Of a stretch of DNA of 64,000 bases, positions 24,290-38,403 are shown piece after piece. The translations under genes were made by a program, and so were the position numbers. The notes beneath the pieces were generated by a model. The model was not told the DNA's origin and made no database searches. It was given only the letters and a program-made list of their open reading frames with translations. The stretch's first letter is position 1. Each line of letters opens with the position of its first letter. This stretch comes from Octopus vulgaris (Eukaryota), in the NCBI GenBank assembly GCA_951406725.2, contig OX597814.1, positions 42,656,001-42,720,000 on the forward strand. The letters run 5' to 3'.

Positions 24290-26822
24290 ATATATACTCA
24301 CCTACACATGCGTCTTGCGATTTTATGAAATTCATGAAGCGCTCAGAATTTACGCTCACGCTTTTGACTTCTCACTCGTATAACTCTGTTTAAATCTATA
24401 CAAGAGTGTACATATTAAACTATCACAAAATTTCGCAAAACTCAAACACCCTTCACCTTCAAAATTATCTTTTCTCCATTAGATAGAGAAAAAGAGAATC
24501 CACCTAAATTATTGACTATCAAAACGTGCGAAGGAATAGACACATACAAACAAAATAAAATCACTTTACAGCAAGTATTATCACCATGATTTTTCGCTGT
24601 TTAAAACTAAGTCACATACACAAGATTTATACATTACAAACTATCACATAATTGCGCAAAACTCAAACACCCTTCACTTTCAAAATTATTTTTTCTCCAT
24701 CACATAGAGAGAAAAGATAATCTACCTAAATTATTGACTAGCAAAACGAACGAAAGAAAAAACAGCAACTACTATCACCATGAGCAAAATAGTTCAAAGG
24801 AATTTTTACTGAACAGGGAGTGAAATTGTTATTGTACTCAACAGCTGACTTGACCTTTTACAAAAAGCCAACACACTAGCTTCATGCCTGAGCGACGTTG
24901 CTTCTAAAATTGTCCCACGTTTTGACAATCGAACAGCAAAACAAGTGGAATATAAATTAAAGCGTATTTCGAAATACGCCTCCTTAATGAGTATCATACA
25001 ATATTCCGCTTACTATTCACCGATTCTACTAAACGAAAACAACTTACCACTATTGACCCGTTAAATGTCTAACCTACTAATGCCCACGTACCAAAATCTG
25101 CTTCATCCATGATTACCATGACAACCGATTAATCATTTCCTTCACCAGCGACATCACTACCATCACCATTATCATCACTAACAACACCACTGTCGTCACC
25201 ATCTTCATCACCTCAAGCAACATCACTGCCATTGTCACCAGCAGCAGCACCACCGCCATTATTATCGATACCAGCGACATCGTAGTCACCATCGTCATCA
25301 TCAGCAAGTACTACAGTCTCTAACACCATAACCCTTACCAGTCTTTCACCGCTACAACCCAGCAATAGGATGACTAACATCTCAGCATAACCAAGTTCAC
25401 CAGGAACAAATTCCTCAGAATCTTTCATCTCTAAATCTTCCGTACACAAACAGTTACCACATATCTCACCCTCACAAACAAAACTGAACTGAAAAATCTA
25501 CCGTTATTCTCTCCGTGAAAGCATGTGTTTGCATCAAGTCTGTCTCTTTACCCACCTCTCAGGAACTAGCCGCATCAACTATGGAACATCCATGAACACA
25601 CAACTACATCAAACTCCTCTTAAACAAAACGGAATACCAATATCTGCGGCTATTCTCTTCGTGAAAGAATACGTTTGCAACATAGCTGCCCTTTTACTCC
25701 TCAACCGGGAACTAGACGCTCAATTAGTAAATATAGTGGAACAGAGAAAAACGGTAATATTGTGAGTGCTCGCCGCAATAGATTCAACCACGCCTGACCA
25801 GCTCCTTATCCCAACTCCACAAGGTCTAACCACCACAATAAATGTATCGCCTACTTCAGCAAAAAATGATCCCTTTCCCCCACATAAACCAGGGAACAGA
25901 AAACCAAACTGAAAAAACAAAGGTAATAATATCATGAATTTCGACTGCATCCAGCAATGCAACAACAACTAGAAACCAAACTTCATTTTTAGCCATGATG
26001 AATCTGGCGAAAGAAATCCAGAGAAGTATCGAACCTCTACTACCAACCCAAAGCGAAAATCGCCCTTGCTTCTACCACTGAGTATCAACATCATCATCAA
26101 CAACAAACATGATATGCGGGTCCTGAAACAATGTAACGAAGCTGTTGCCTTATCAACGACATTCTTCCTTAATACTGATTCAGTAGTGGGTACTCATAGG
26201 TTCCCTGCTAGAGTGTTGAAGGAATGCTAACAGCAATTTGCAGTTCCTCTTGCACATCTCTGAAGGAAATCACTGGATACCGGTTTTATCCCTCAAAACC
26301 TTCTTCTCAGTCAGTCGATCCTTTCTTTAAAAAAGGGTATAAATCGCTTCCAGTCTCAGACATCTCACATATCATCAAAATATTTGAGAGTGTATTGAGA
26401 TCAAGAATTACAGCTTTCCTACAGTAAGATCATCTTCTAAATTGCAACCAGCATGGCTTTCGTGGTGAGAAAGGCTGTCTAACACAGCTTCTCCACTATT
26501 TTGATTACATCTTACATGCACTAAGTGAGGGCTTCAACCCCGATGTCATATGCCTTGATTTCAGCAAGGCCTTTGACTAAGTCGTCAACAAATACTATTA
26601 GGAAAACTATCCAACGCTGGAGTTGGTAGAAAGTTACTTCAATGGATAAAGTATTTCCTAACAAATAGGACCCAACATGTTGTGGTTGATGTCATCCACT
26701 GAAGACCAGCAAAAGCTATCAGCGGTGTACCGCAAGGTACTGTGGTGGGTCCACTTCGTTTTATTGTATATAACCATGACATTGCAGATGTCACTGAACA
26801 TAGCACAATTAAATTATTTGCA
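24290..26822 (+). mobile_element. CR1-group LINE copy B: 5' region with tandem duplication, CCCH remnant, RT truncated at FA|DD
   Basis: MCLHQVCLFTHLSGT near 25523; RT from about 26170: RFPARVLKEC, NQHGFRG, DVICLDFSKAFD, SGVPQGTVVGP, ending KLFA at 26822. Confidence 0.85.
24395..24783 (+). repeat. About 220-bp period direct repeat (2 copies) at the 5' end of LINE B
   Basis: cgcaaaactcaaacacccttcac.ttcaaaattat...acctaaattattgacta at about 24434 and 24655. Confidence 0.85.
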
Positions 26823-26896
26823 TTCTTCGCTAGGCCCCATATTATATAAACCATGTGGAAAATAGTCCACCAATATTATCCAAATGATATCGTTAT

Positions 26897-26960
26897 TATG
26901 TTTACCATGCACCTAAAAGTAGGCCTCCATGCAATGCGAAATTACAGTGACGTAAACATA
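26897..26960 (+). ncRNA. Hammerhead-shaped remnant, core lost
   Basis: tatgtttac...tgc-GAAA-ttacagtgac-gtaaacata: 9-bp perfect stem I enclosing GAAA. Confidence 0.4.
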
Positions 26961-27030
26961 CCATATCTGTTCTCAGGTGGTGTGTGGGGTACACACACAG
27001 ACACAGAGATACATATATATATACATACCC

Positions 27031-27113
<83 letters not shown>

Positions 27114-27590
27114 TATGAATATATAAACACATACTGAGATTCGGATATACTCTTATATCTCTAATATTCTGTAGATACATTTCTAATACTGAATTTATAA
27201 CCAAGAAATTTCTTAAACTTTTCCTGCTACATAAAAATTGAAGAATATTGATGACGATGTCAACATGTTACATCACAATCAGCAAACTTCGCCTTCGCCC
27301 CGTGTTTTGCCATCCTCTGTAATCGATATACATCCTCGGTGTTAATATTAATTCATAGAAGCATCAGGAAGGAAGCTGATACAAAAGATTAAATGAAAAA
27401 TCAATTTTGTATTCTGTATCTTCAATCTGGTGTTGTATTAATTTGTCCTCGCCAAGCAAATATAATTGATAGCTTTTGAATGCGTAAACCTGTTCCCGCT
27501 ATAGCTGTCATTGATATATAGATGTGTTCTATTTTGCAGAAATATGTTAAGGAAACAATCCTTATTGAAAAGGTTTCAAAAATGTATGTA

Positions 27591-27884
27591 CGACATCATC
27601 ATTGCCGACTTCATTGAAACAGAAATAATGAATGAGTAAAGGTAAAAACATGCATCCGTAAGAATCACGCACAGAAATAAGGTCACATTTGTGAATTTCC
27701 GTCATTAACGTTCGACATCATCATTGCCGACTTCATTGACGTCAACAGAATTTCCATTTTTCATTTCCTTTCTCGTGTTCAATGAATGAGTAAAGCCTGC
27801 TTTGCAGAAAACATGCATCCGTAAGAATCACGCACAGCAGAATAAGGTCACATTTGGGTTTTTCGAATTTCCGTCATTAACGTT
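27591..27884 (+). repeat. Tandem duplication (about 122 bp + 172 bp) differing almost only by indels
   Basis: cgacatcatcattgccgacttcattga...gaatttccgtcattaacgtt occurs twice. Confidence 0.9.
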
Positions 27885-28109
27885 TGTCTAATTCATTTCT
27901 GTGGCAGTATTATCCAAGAACGCAGGACCTTGCATGTCAAAATTGGACTATTCCTTCTCACTTTCTCTCTATTTCTCTCTCTTTCTCCTCTCTCTCTCTC
28001 TCTCTCTGTGAGAGTCTGTGTATACACATATCGCATATGAAAAGACGATTTTGCTGACACACACACTTGCATGTGTGTATATATACATATATACATATAT
28101 ACATATATA

Positions 28110-28352
28110 TGAGCAGCGGTTGTCAAGCAATCGTGGTGGAATGTCCAACAGACACACACACACACACACGCACACACATATATCTATGTATATGTATACC
28201 ACGGGCTTTTTTTTAGTTTCTGCCTACCAAATCCACTCGCAAGGCTTTAGTCGACCTGAGGCTATAGGAGGAGAAATTAACCCAAGGTGGCAAGCAGTGG
28301 AGCTGAGCTCGGAGGCATGTAATTGGGAATCATGCTTCTTAACACACAAACA
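28110..28352 (-). mobile_element. Decayed tRNA-derived SINE, partial
   Basis: cggttgtcaagcaat...ctaccaaatccactcgcaaggcttt...gaggctatag...cccaaggtg matches 23740-23940. Confidence 0.8.
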
Positions 28353-28612
28353 TCTAGAGCAGAGAGGTGAGAGTGGGGTGTATTTAATTCGTTTTCAGCT
28401 GTTTCATAATCTTGTTAGTTCTATAATAGCTATTACGTTAATTTTAATATATATGAAATACAGATGTATACACACACATACACATACAGAATCACACGCA
28501 CACACAAATACACACACATCTATATGTGTTTGAGTTTCTATGTATATGTTTGTGTGTGTGTGTGTGTGTGTGGTGTGAGTGCGTGTATGCAGGTGTAATG
28601 CTTACTTTTATA

Positions 28613-29275
28613 CAGGGGATTGGCAAAATAATAAAAACACCTTAAAATTTCAAACAAATTTATTTCAATAAGTGCTAGGACCACCATTGGCAGTAGTGAG
28701 AGCTTGAATTCTAAACGCTTTGCAACGTTTGTTTTTGAGAGTAGAAATGCCGTGAAGTGCTGCTTTGTGCAGTTCCTGGCGAACCGCTCTCGGCGAACAA
28801 TTATTTTGGAAACTGGTCTTTAAGCTCTGCAGTAATTTTGGGAGCTATAATTTTGTAATCATTTCTAACAATTCGCATAAGAATCTAGCGGTCCCTATCT
28901 GAAACTTTTGGTTTTCTTGCGGAGTTTTCTTTCGACGAGGAGGTATTTACGTCTTTCTCAAAGACTGTCGTTACGTTCGAGACTACTTTCAGATACACCA
29001 AACATTTCAGCTGTTTTTGTTACGCTAGCGCCTGCCATATAAGCACCAATAATTTGACTTCTTTGAAAGTCCGAAAGTATTGTAATTTTAATGAATTTTA
29101 ATTACCTTTTTCTGATAATATCTGAAAAGGAACAGCAATTTTAGACAAAATATATTAAGCAACACTAATAATAAATCAAAGAAACATCAATAAACAAGCC
29201 TTTGACGGTTTTATAGATGTTGCAAAATTATGATGTTATGATGCTAGGTGTTTCCATTATTTTGTCCAACCCCTG
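28613..29275 (-). mobile_element. Internally deleted Tc1 transposon with both TIRs and TA target duplication
   Basis: TA-caggggattggcaaaataataaaaacacct ... aggtgtttccattattttgtccaacccctg-TA; interior homologous to 47185-48385, catalytic region deleted. Confidence 0.92.
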
Positions 29276-29961
29276 TATGTATGTTGTCTAAGAGCGTGAT
29301 GCAAAATGTTTAAACATACAATGTACATTTAATACGTTGTATATTTATATTCAGAGTTAAGTGTTATTTAATATTTTTATTCTCCATTCACCTTCTGTAT
29401 TACACATACATATGTGTGCGCGCTTTTATGTGTTTCTCCGTGTGTGTGTGTGTGTGTGTGTGTGTTCCTGTGTTTGTGCGTGAGTATATGTGTGTGTATG
29501 TGCGTTTGTGTGTATGTTCTTGACTAAATATCGAACAAGTTTTAAGAATTATAACATAAGTGCTAGTTGCTTACAGGTTTCTAATAGGACTGAAATGTAT
29601 GCTTCGGATATTTACCCTTATTAATAATTGAAGAAGCAATGGTTTCAATAGCAGCAAGTAATGGACCCAATAAATATTTAATATTACTGAATAACCTCCT
29701 GTTCGATTACTTGCAAATCAATGACGATGACCTAATAATCTGTTATAATGACCCGTGTGATAATGCGTCACTTCTGTAAAGTGTTTGTTAGCTATGACAA
29801 AAATCCTATGGTGTATAATCAACTTACCTTCAAAAGTCATCCTGCAAGATGCAGGGAATTTTTGTAATGATCAACTGGAAAGAAATAAGTAACGATTCTT
29901 TTCTTTTATGCACATAAATGCATATACAATCAAGCACATGCACAAACCCCTAAAACCCCCT

Positions 29962-30003
<42 letters not shown>

Positions 30004-30354
30004 CACACTCACTCACAGAATGAGAGGTAGTTGTCTAAACACCCGTGTATTAGTTATAAATAAAAAAACCATTGCGCATATATATTTTAACAGACTTGGT
30101 ATATTATGGTATATTTCCTCATAAAATTTCAAACCGTGTATCTATAGTAGAAAAAAGTGATCAGATACAAAAGCAGTCTCATAATAATGAAATAACAAAA
30201 GGATTTCATATCAGAATTTGAAAAAAAGCTTTACCAATTTTCAAAATTGCCATTAAAGTATATGGTCATGCATTTCTTTCGCTCATTTTTAAATGTTGCC
30301 CGATTTGACCAATTTGATGTGATTCTCTATGTATGTATGTACATATGTATGCAC

Positions 30355-30386
<32 letters not shown>

Positions 30387-31033
30387 AACCGGCCCTTATG
30401 AGCCAGGCATGGCTCGAGAATGAACAAACAAACAAACAGTATGTATGTATCTATAATTGTTAAAGGGGATAAAAAACGTTAAGTCGAATCAAATACCTCA
30501 AGTTATATACATTATTAATATTGGAGAAAATGGAAGTTGAACTGTGAAAATGTATGCCTCTTTTTTCTTTTCTTTCTTCAACTCCGTATTCATTTACTTG
30601 TGTCCTCTATATCATCATTTCATTAACTATGTGAAATTTGGGTAATTTTAGTGAATCAAATGACAGCGAGGCATTAGCAGCTTCTTACTATGACAATCGC
30701 ACGTTGTGTTGTGGTACACTCGCATGTTGTGTTGATTCTTCAGACCACGAGATTTACTACAAACGCGTGTTTTATTTTAAGAAAAATTTATATTTATCAA
30801 TTCGAATTTTATTATAGATATTTTTCTTCAATTGTCCTAATTTTTTACATAGTTTGTATATATAGCAAAAGTTGTTTGCGATGATTATACTTGACATTAT
30901 GAAACTAAATATAAGGTATTCTTTTTCTTGGGCCAAATTCTTTGTTTATAACAAATTTTTAAAAAATAATAAAAACATACAATCAGTGAAGAGACAAAAG
31001 AGGCAGTAAATGATACATGTTGATTTTTATAGA

Positions 31034-31140
31034 TATTTCTGTTTATTTAGAAATCAACAATGAAATCAGGTATTTCTGTTTATTTAAAAACCAACAATGA
31101 AATTAGGTATTTCTGTTTATTTAGAAACCTACAATGAAAG
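31034..31140. repeat. 37-bp minisatellite, about 3 copies
   Basis: Unit tatttctgtttatttagaaatcaacaatgaaatcagg. Confidence 0.85.
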
Positions 31141-31615
31141 GTAATATCACAGACGCTAAACTATAAATTTCACAGGGTATAACCATTATGTTGACACCGC
31201 TCCACTAAACGCAGAAATTTTCTGTCTCACTATTGGCTAAAAATACAGTTTTTTTTTCGATTTTTAAACGCCTGTACATTTTCCTCTATTTTTTTTTTCT
31301 CCAAAACATCATACCTTCATAGCAATCAGACTGGAAAACTATATTTTTATATCCGATTTTCAGATATTTTACTGTCTTAAAAAATGCATATTTTGCCAAT
31401 GAAAAGAACTTGGCAAAAAGTTTAAGTGATCGGAAAATGATTTATTTTATTTTAGTTTCTTATCATATAATATCCAATAAATAGTTACATGCCCATATCG
31501 GATTAGATATTAATTCCGCATGTTCTCTATTATACATTTGGTATACCTCTTATTTAAATATCACTTACAATCGATTCCATATTTTCGATGCCTTATACTT
31601 GTTTTGATTTAATAT

Positions 31616-32452
31616 ATACTATGTACTCCTACTCAGATGATAATTTATACTATGTACTCCTACTCAGATGATAATTTATACTGTGTACTCCTACTCAGAT
31701 GATAATTTATACTATGTACTCCTACTCAGATGATAATTTATACTATGTACTCCTACTCAGATGATAATTTATACTGTGTACTCCTACTCAGATGATAATT
31801 TATACTATATACTCCTACTCAGATGATAATTTATACTGTGTACTCCTACTCAGATGATAATTTATACTATGTACTCCTACTCAGATGATAATTTATACTG
31901 TGTACTCCTACTCAGATGATAATTTATACTATGTACTCCTACTCAGATGATAATTTATACTATGTACTCCTACTCAGATGATAATTTATACTATGTACTC
32001 CTACTCAGAAGATAATTTATACTATGTACTCCTACTCAGATGATAATTTATGCTATGTTCTCCTATTCAGATGATAATTTATACTATGTACTCCTACTCA
32101 GATGATAATTTATACTGTGCACTCCTACTCAGATGATAATTTATACTATGTACTCCTACTCAGATGATAATTTATACTATGTTCTCCTATTCAGATGATA
32201 ATTTATACTATGTACTCCTACTCAGATGATAATTTATACTATGTTCTCCTATTCAGATGATAATTTATACTATGTTCTCCTATTCAGATGATAATTTATA
32301 CTATGTACTCCTATTCAGATGATAATTTATACTATGTTCTCCTACTCAGATGATAATTTATACTATGTTCTCCTATTCAGATGATAATTTATACTATGTT
32401 CTCCTACTCAGATGATAATTTATACTGTGTACTCCTACTCACATGATAATTT
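31616..32452. repeat. 31-bp minisatellite, about 27 near-identical head-to-tail copies
   Basis: Unit atactatgtactcctactcagatgataattt, no spacers. Confidence 0.97.
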
Positions 32453-33365
32453 AATTCATTTATAAATTCATTGTGGAATGTTTTCATTGCGACCACCTTA
32501 AAAGTAAGGATAGAAAAAACCTTATGAACTTTCTCTTATATATCTATGTACCTCATTATTAGGTTTTAAGTTTAATTTAAATCCTTCTATATATTGTTCT
32601 ATAATTCTTTTTTCTAAATTTAATATATTAAATTTGCTAATTCATGAATTACTATATCCCATGTCCCTCATTTCAAATTCCTGTCCTTAGAGCTTATTTT
32701 CACCTCTTTTGTTTTTCACTATACCCCGCTTTTATTTGATAATCTAAATAAAGAAAAGCCACCCGCATTTTTCCTTCTTCTAGTTATCACCTCTTCCCCA
32801 TTAGTCATACTCTCACTAGCAGCTCTGTGACATGTCTATTATGTAGATAACGCCTGATATATGGACCCAGTAAAATAATTTATCAACTGGCACATAGCTG
32901 ACGACTCCTAAGGGATTTAATCCTAAATGGTTGTAGACTATATTCTACATAAAATATTTTAACTAAAAATAATAATAAATAATTATCTCTCTACACCACA
33001 ATTTTCCTCAGCTACTCTCTAAATTATAGTAGGCTTAAATTGATATGTATTATTCTATGAATTCATTCTGCCACAAATAAATTTTAGGGAACAATGTAAT
33101 TAGTTTGGCTTCTAGTACTGATATAAAATTGCTATAAATGTTTAAAATAGTTTACCCTTTATGTTGGAAATCTATATGGGCATCTGCATTTAAGGAGAGC
33201 GGTTTGTTTCAAATTCATATCATATTTCCATTGATCGATTAAATGAAACCGCTTGAAACGGCCGTAATGCATTGATACCTGGACATCCTTGTTACTTATT
33301 TTCATTTTGATCACTTAATTTCGATCTCTTCAAATTTAAGTACTTAAATCTACTGAATCTTAATT

Positions 33366-33398
33366 ATATGTATGTATGTATGTATGTATCTCTGTCTT

Positions 33399-33429
<31 letters not shown>

Positions 33430-33439
33430 ATATATATAT

Positions 33440-33483
<44 letters not shown>

Positions 33484-33540
33484 TGACAGATATATATATA
33501 TATATATATATATAGATAGATAGATAGATAGATAGATAGG

Positions 33541-33582
<42 letters not shown>

Positions 33583-33591
33583 GATAGATAT

Positions 33592-33682
<91 letters not shown>

Positions 33683-33686
33683 GATA
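33366..33686. repeat. Compound (TATG)/(TC)/(TA)/(GACA)/(GATA)n microsatellite
   Basis: Direct reading. Confidence 0.95.
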
Positions 33687-35526
33687 TTAGAGTTGGTGAA
33701 GGGAGCAGATGTGTGTCGAAAGACAAGATAAGAAAAATAATAAATCTGAAGTGAAGAACGAATATAGAGTGCTTGTGTCTATTTAGCAAAAAAAAAAAAA
33801 AATGATCTACCCGAATTATAACAATATATATACTTATACATATGGGTGTGTGTGTTTATGTGTGTCCGTGTGTGTGTGCGTGTGAGAGAAAACTTCAGAG
33901 CGTGTGTGTGTTTTATATGAACGGTGTGAGAGATAATGTTATAGGGTCGTTGGTGCATTCTTCACCGCGACTGAGTGGTTCAGTTCAACTACGGAGTCAA
34001 TGCCACTGCGTGGTATTATACGATAGCTTATGCTTGAGCCAAAATTAGGGACTGATTTTGGTAGACGAGACGGAAGACTTTTCCTAGATTATCGAATAGA
34101 CTGTACCATTAATTTACCCGAAATCCAACCATTTCACACTGTATCACACCAGAATTAGATGCAAGGTATATCTGTCAGTAGATTATTTAGTCAGATCTTT
34201 CATTTATTGAACACTAGACACGCATATTCCGATACTGAAAGAAATGTCAATCCTAGGGACATACAACGGCTCACACACGTACATATACATACATGTATCC
34301 AAACACAGCAAACCTTGTATACGTATGTCTATAAGCATATAGTCACATACACACACGCAAACGCACGAACATACACACATGAATGTATATATATATATAT
34401 ATAAATACATATATATATATATACACATATATATATATATGTATATATATACATACATATATACATACGTGTGCATGCAAACATACATGCGAATTTAAAT
34501 ATATATCCATACACATATGTACATCAGCTTACTTTCTGAATGAAATATAAGAGCACTTAATACGAAGTATAGCTTTTATATGCAATAAGCGTCATATGAT
34601 GATTCATTCCATTTGTTACACAAAGATCCGCGCGCGTATTACGTGCATGACCAATCATGCATAATTTTGTGAATTATTAACGCTGTACGCTGTACCCTCT
34701 ACGCTGTAGCACACCAGCTGTGCTTATTCTGAATGGTCAATTGGGATCACGGATTCAAGTAGGGTTAAAAAAAATTCTCATTATGTTATTAGGGATGACC
34801 GAATGATCATGATGAAAGTAAAATTACTCTGTCGAATATCTGAGCTCCGTCAACTTCAGCTACGCAGCCGCACATTTGATTTATTTGCGTTGTAGTTGAA
34901 TCAGTACACCAGGGTGTATGGAGCGAAAAGAAGCAGTTCAAAATTATTTCCACGATGAGAATAACCCATTATATTAGATTTTTCGTTACATAATGTATTG
35001 TATGTTTTAATATGTGCATTTTATCTGTTAGGCATATACTGCATTTAGGGAATCGATTTAAGTATATTGCCGGCTTTTTGAAGATGCACATTATTATTGA
35101 AGTACATTCCGATCAATAGTCTCTATATATACTAGCGCGTTTAGATTGAGGACATAAAGCAAATGGGATAAGAAGCTGTTAATAATAAGTTTTTATACGC
35201 CCTTAGATAGACTATTCAATTTGTTGCAGTAACGTCTCTGTGTCTTATCCAATCACTACATGTTCCTAATATAATATTTATATAATATTTAATATTTTCT
35301 GAAAGGAATTGCGGCAGGTTTATATCATGTTTCTAGTCTCAGCCGTGTACCTTTATATACGTGTGATGTACAAAACGATGTATAATTAAAGGACTTTATC
35401 CACTTTAAAATATTGTTGCATTTTTTGTGTTCTTACTACAGATGAAACAGATACCCTCTTTCTTAGGTATTCTATTATAGTATGCAGTATGGATCGCAGA
35501 GTCTGTATAATATTCTCTTGCAAATA

Positions 35527-35742
35527 AGGCTGCGAGCTGGCTGAAACTTTAGTTCGCCGACCGAAATGCTTAACGCTATTTCGTCTGTCTTTACCTTCTG
35601 AGTTCAAATTCCGCCAAGATCGACTCTGCCATTCATCCTTTCGGGGTCGATAAATTAACTACCAGTTGCGTACTGGAGTCGACCCAATCGACTGCCCCCC
35701 ACTCAAAAAAATTTCGGCCTTTGTGCTTGGAACAGAAAGAAT
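35527..35742 (+). mobile_element. Second SINE family with B box and Meta-domain-like central block
   Basis: gagttcaaattcc (B box) then gccattcatcctttcggggtcgataaattaactaccag; fragments recur at 54170-54270 (+) and 54420-54505 (-). Confidence 0.75.
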
Positions 35743-35952
35743 ATCCCCTTGCAAATACTACAGGTGTATATTACATACTATGAGGAATTCTAACATCAAT
35801 TCAGGAGCTTCTCGAAGTTATACACTAAACATGGTATTAAAATCTTGTTTGTAGTATGGAGAATAAATTTAGAGGAATATTGTATAAGAACTGCTGCAAA
35901 ATCGCCGCGCATCTATTATTTCCATCGGAGTTGTTTCATTCAGTGTCAGTAA

Positions 35953-36023
<71 letters not shown>

Positions 36024-38029
36024 AAGTAAGAGAGTGTGAGATCATGTGTCTGTCTGCATTCATATATGCGCGCCTGCATGTTATTGTTGGTGCACTTCTA
36101 TGCTTCTTTTCTTCCTCAGCTCATATAAGGATTCGTAAATGGGAATATATTTACATAAGATTTGACATGATTAGATAATATACGGGCGTGTGTTTGGTCA
36201 TTATATAGGAGTAGTGTATTAGTTGAAAATATCATATGATTTTCTTTCAAATTTCTTACACATTGTCCAGCTTAATAGATTTTTCATTAAGCATATGATA
36301 TGTTTACGACGGCTGACATATATGTGAAAATTGCTTAAAAACGTAGATATCTGGATATAAATTTATCTTGCTTCAAACAAGTACAGCCTAATGTGTATTA
36401 TAAATGGTTGTATTCTTCGCTTATACATCCGAGAATATTGAATATGCATTTGTTGTTTCTTTCTCACGCGGATTAGATGAATAATATCTAATTACTTTTC
36501 ACACAAGAAACATTAACGAATCTATGAATTAATAGACTACCTCCATTTCATATATCGACCGAAGTGTATAACACGAAAGTTACAATTATAATATAATAAT
36601 CAGAAAATCAATCTGTTAATGCATTACATGCGAAAATGTAAACAATGCATAAATGTCATTTAGTGTCATTAAATATATTTTATTTCTATGAATCATACCA
36701 TTAATCTTCACTTATAAATCTTTTTCTGTCATATTACGCGATTTCTTTTCTTCGCTCCAATGTGATAGGTTTTTCGTATCAGAATAGTGACGATATTAAT
36801 TGTAAGTGCAACATTAGGTGAGTCAGTATGTATATACAAAGGAAAGAGTCTGAATTAATACAAACGATACATATTTCATGGACTTGTCTAATGGAAAGTA
36901 AGAAGGTTCAGTGAAAAGAGAAAATAAAAGCAAAAACTTCATCAATATTTCAGGCTAACGGAACAGAAAAGTGATACAATATTTTATGCAGTATAAAAAA
37001 AACTAAAAAAAACTGACAACCTTACCTGTTTTAATAACTTAGTTATGATATGGAGCGTAAGTAGTATATCATTGTTTTCAATTAACTCTTGTTTTAATGT
37101 TACTATATCGTTGATTGGCCGTCACTTATTTAGTTTATAATTTCATACACCTTTAAATAAACTCTGCTACGGAAGGTTTTGAGTGCGTTGAATAGCATAT
37201 TAAAAATTATTGCTAATTGTTAATTACAGGATTGTGATAAAACGGACTAATTTATATTATGTGACAGTAATAATCAACAACGAGGTGGTTCAATATCATC
37301 AATAAAATATCCAGTTTAATAGATTTGAACTTTTCAAATGATGTACTTCTTTGGTTAAGGGAGGTATTGTTTATAGAAGATTGTTCCTGACTTACCTACA
37401 CATTTGACTCCGTTTAATTATCGTTATACACTTCGAATTTTATCACCATTTCTTGTATTGAACATAATCTTGGTCGTCTATAATGACAGTAATATATTGA
37501 TCAAAGTTATCTATGTTATTTGGTAACATTAATTTCCATTATGAATTCAAATGACCCCACCATGTTAGTTTTCTCTTCTACCCGTTGGAAAGCAAGAGAT
37601 GCATATACAACTCAAGTAAATCTTAGATATAATAATGTATACCAGTGTATTTGGTGATTCGGCTTAGCACCAAGTAAATGACTGAAAGCATTACACGAAG
37701 ACTGGAAAGAAATTACACAACGCAAATAATTTCATTTCAGCCTGGTGGCACTCGTAGCATTTGAACGTAGAATACACATGACAATGCTAAGTACTAACTG
37801 CACATAATGCTTCCCACTCTATATGAGTTCTGAGGCTACAAGATATATGCTAATAAATCTATTAAAACAGTTTAATAAGATATATTGGTTATGATTAATA
37901 TAGTGCCTTGCCAGACCTACTTACATAGATTTTGTTGTCTTAAAGATTTCTGATACTTCCTGATATACATACATATATGCACATACACACACGCATGCGC
38001 GCGCGCACACACTGAGACACAAACACCGG

Positions 38030-38300
38030 AGTAATCGGTTCATTATCTTAAGGTCATGAGTTCAATTCCTCGCGGCGCGTTGTATCCTTTAGCAAGACAC
38101 TTTACTTCCCGTTGTTTCAGTGTACTCAGCAAAATTCACAGGACCAAACATTTCACGTTTTGTGTCACAGTGGATCTTCCTCAGAACTACGATAAAGGCA
38201 TGCGTATCTGTGGAGTAATCTGCCACTTAAGCTTTTACTCATTTCAGCCATGTAGCTGAGGACATGCTGGAACACCACTTTCGCGTTTATTTTACGAGAA
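38030..38300 (+). mobile_element. Decayed tRNA-derived SINE, third type
   Basis: gagttcaattcc followed by ttgtatcctttagcaagacactttactt; a more decayed relative lies on the minus strand near 56100-56255. Confidence 0.6.
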
Positions 38301-38370
38301 GGTTGTTCAGTTGATTGGATCAACTGGAAAAGTAAACTCTGTGTGTGTGTATGTGTGTGTGTGTGTGTGT

Positions 38371-38403
<33 letters not shown>

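Noticed and set aside
31616-32452. 31-bp repeat array as a CRISPR array
   Set aside because: Units are contiguous with no unique spacers, there are no cas genes, and the context is eukaryotic.
34560-34768. piggyBac-like MITE ending agggTTAA
   Set aside because: No matching left TTAAccct terminus found.
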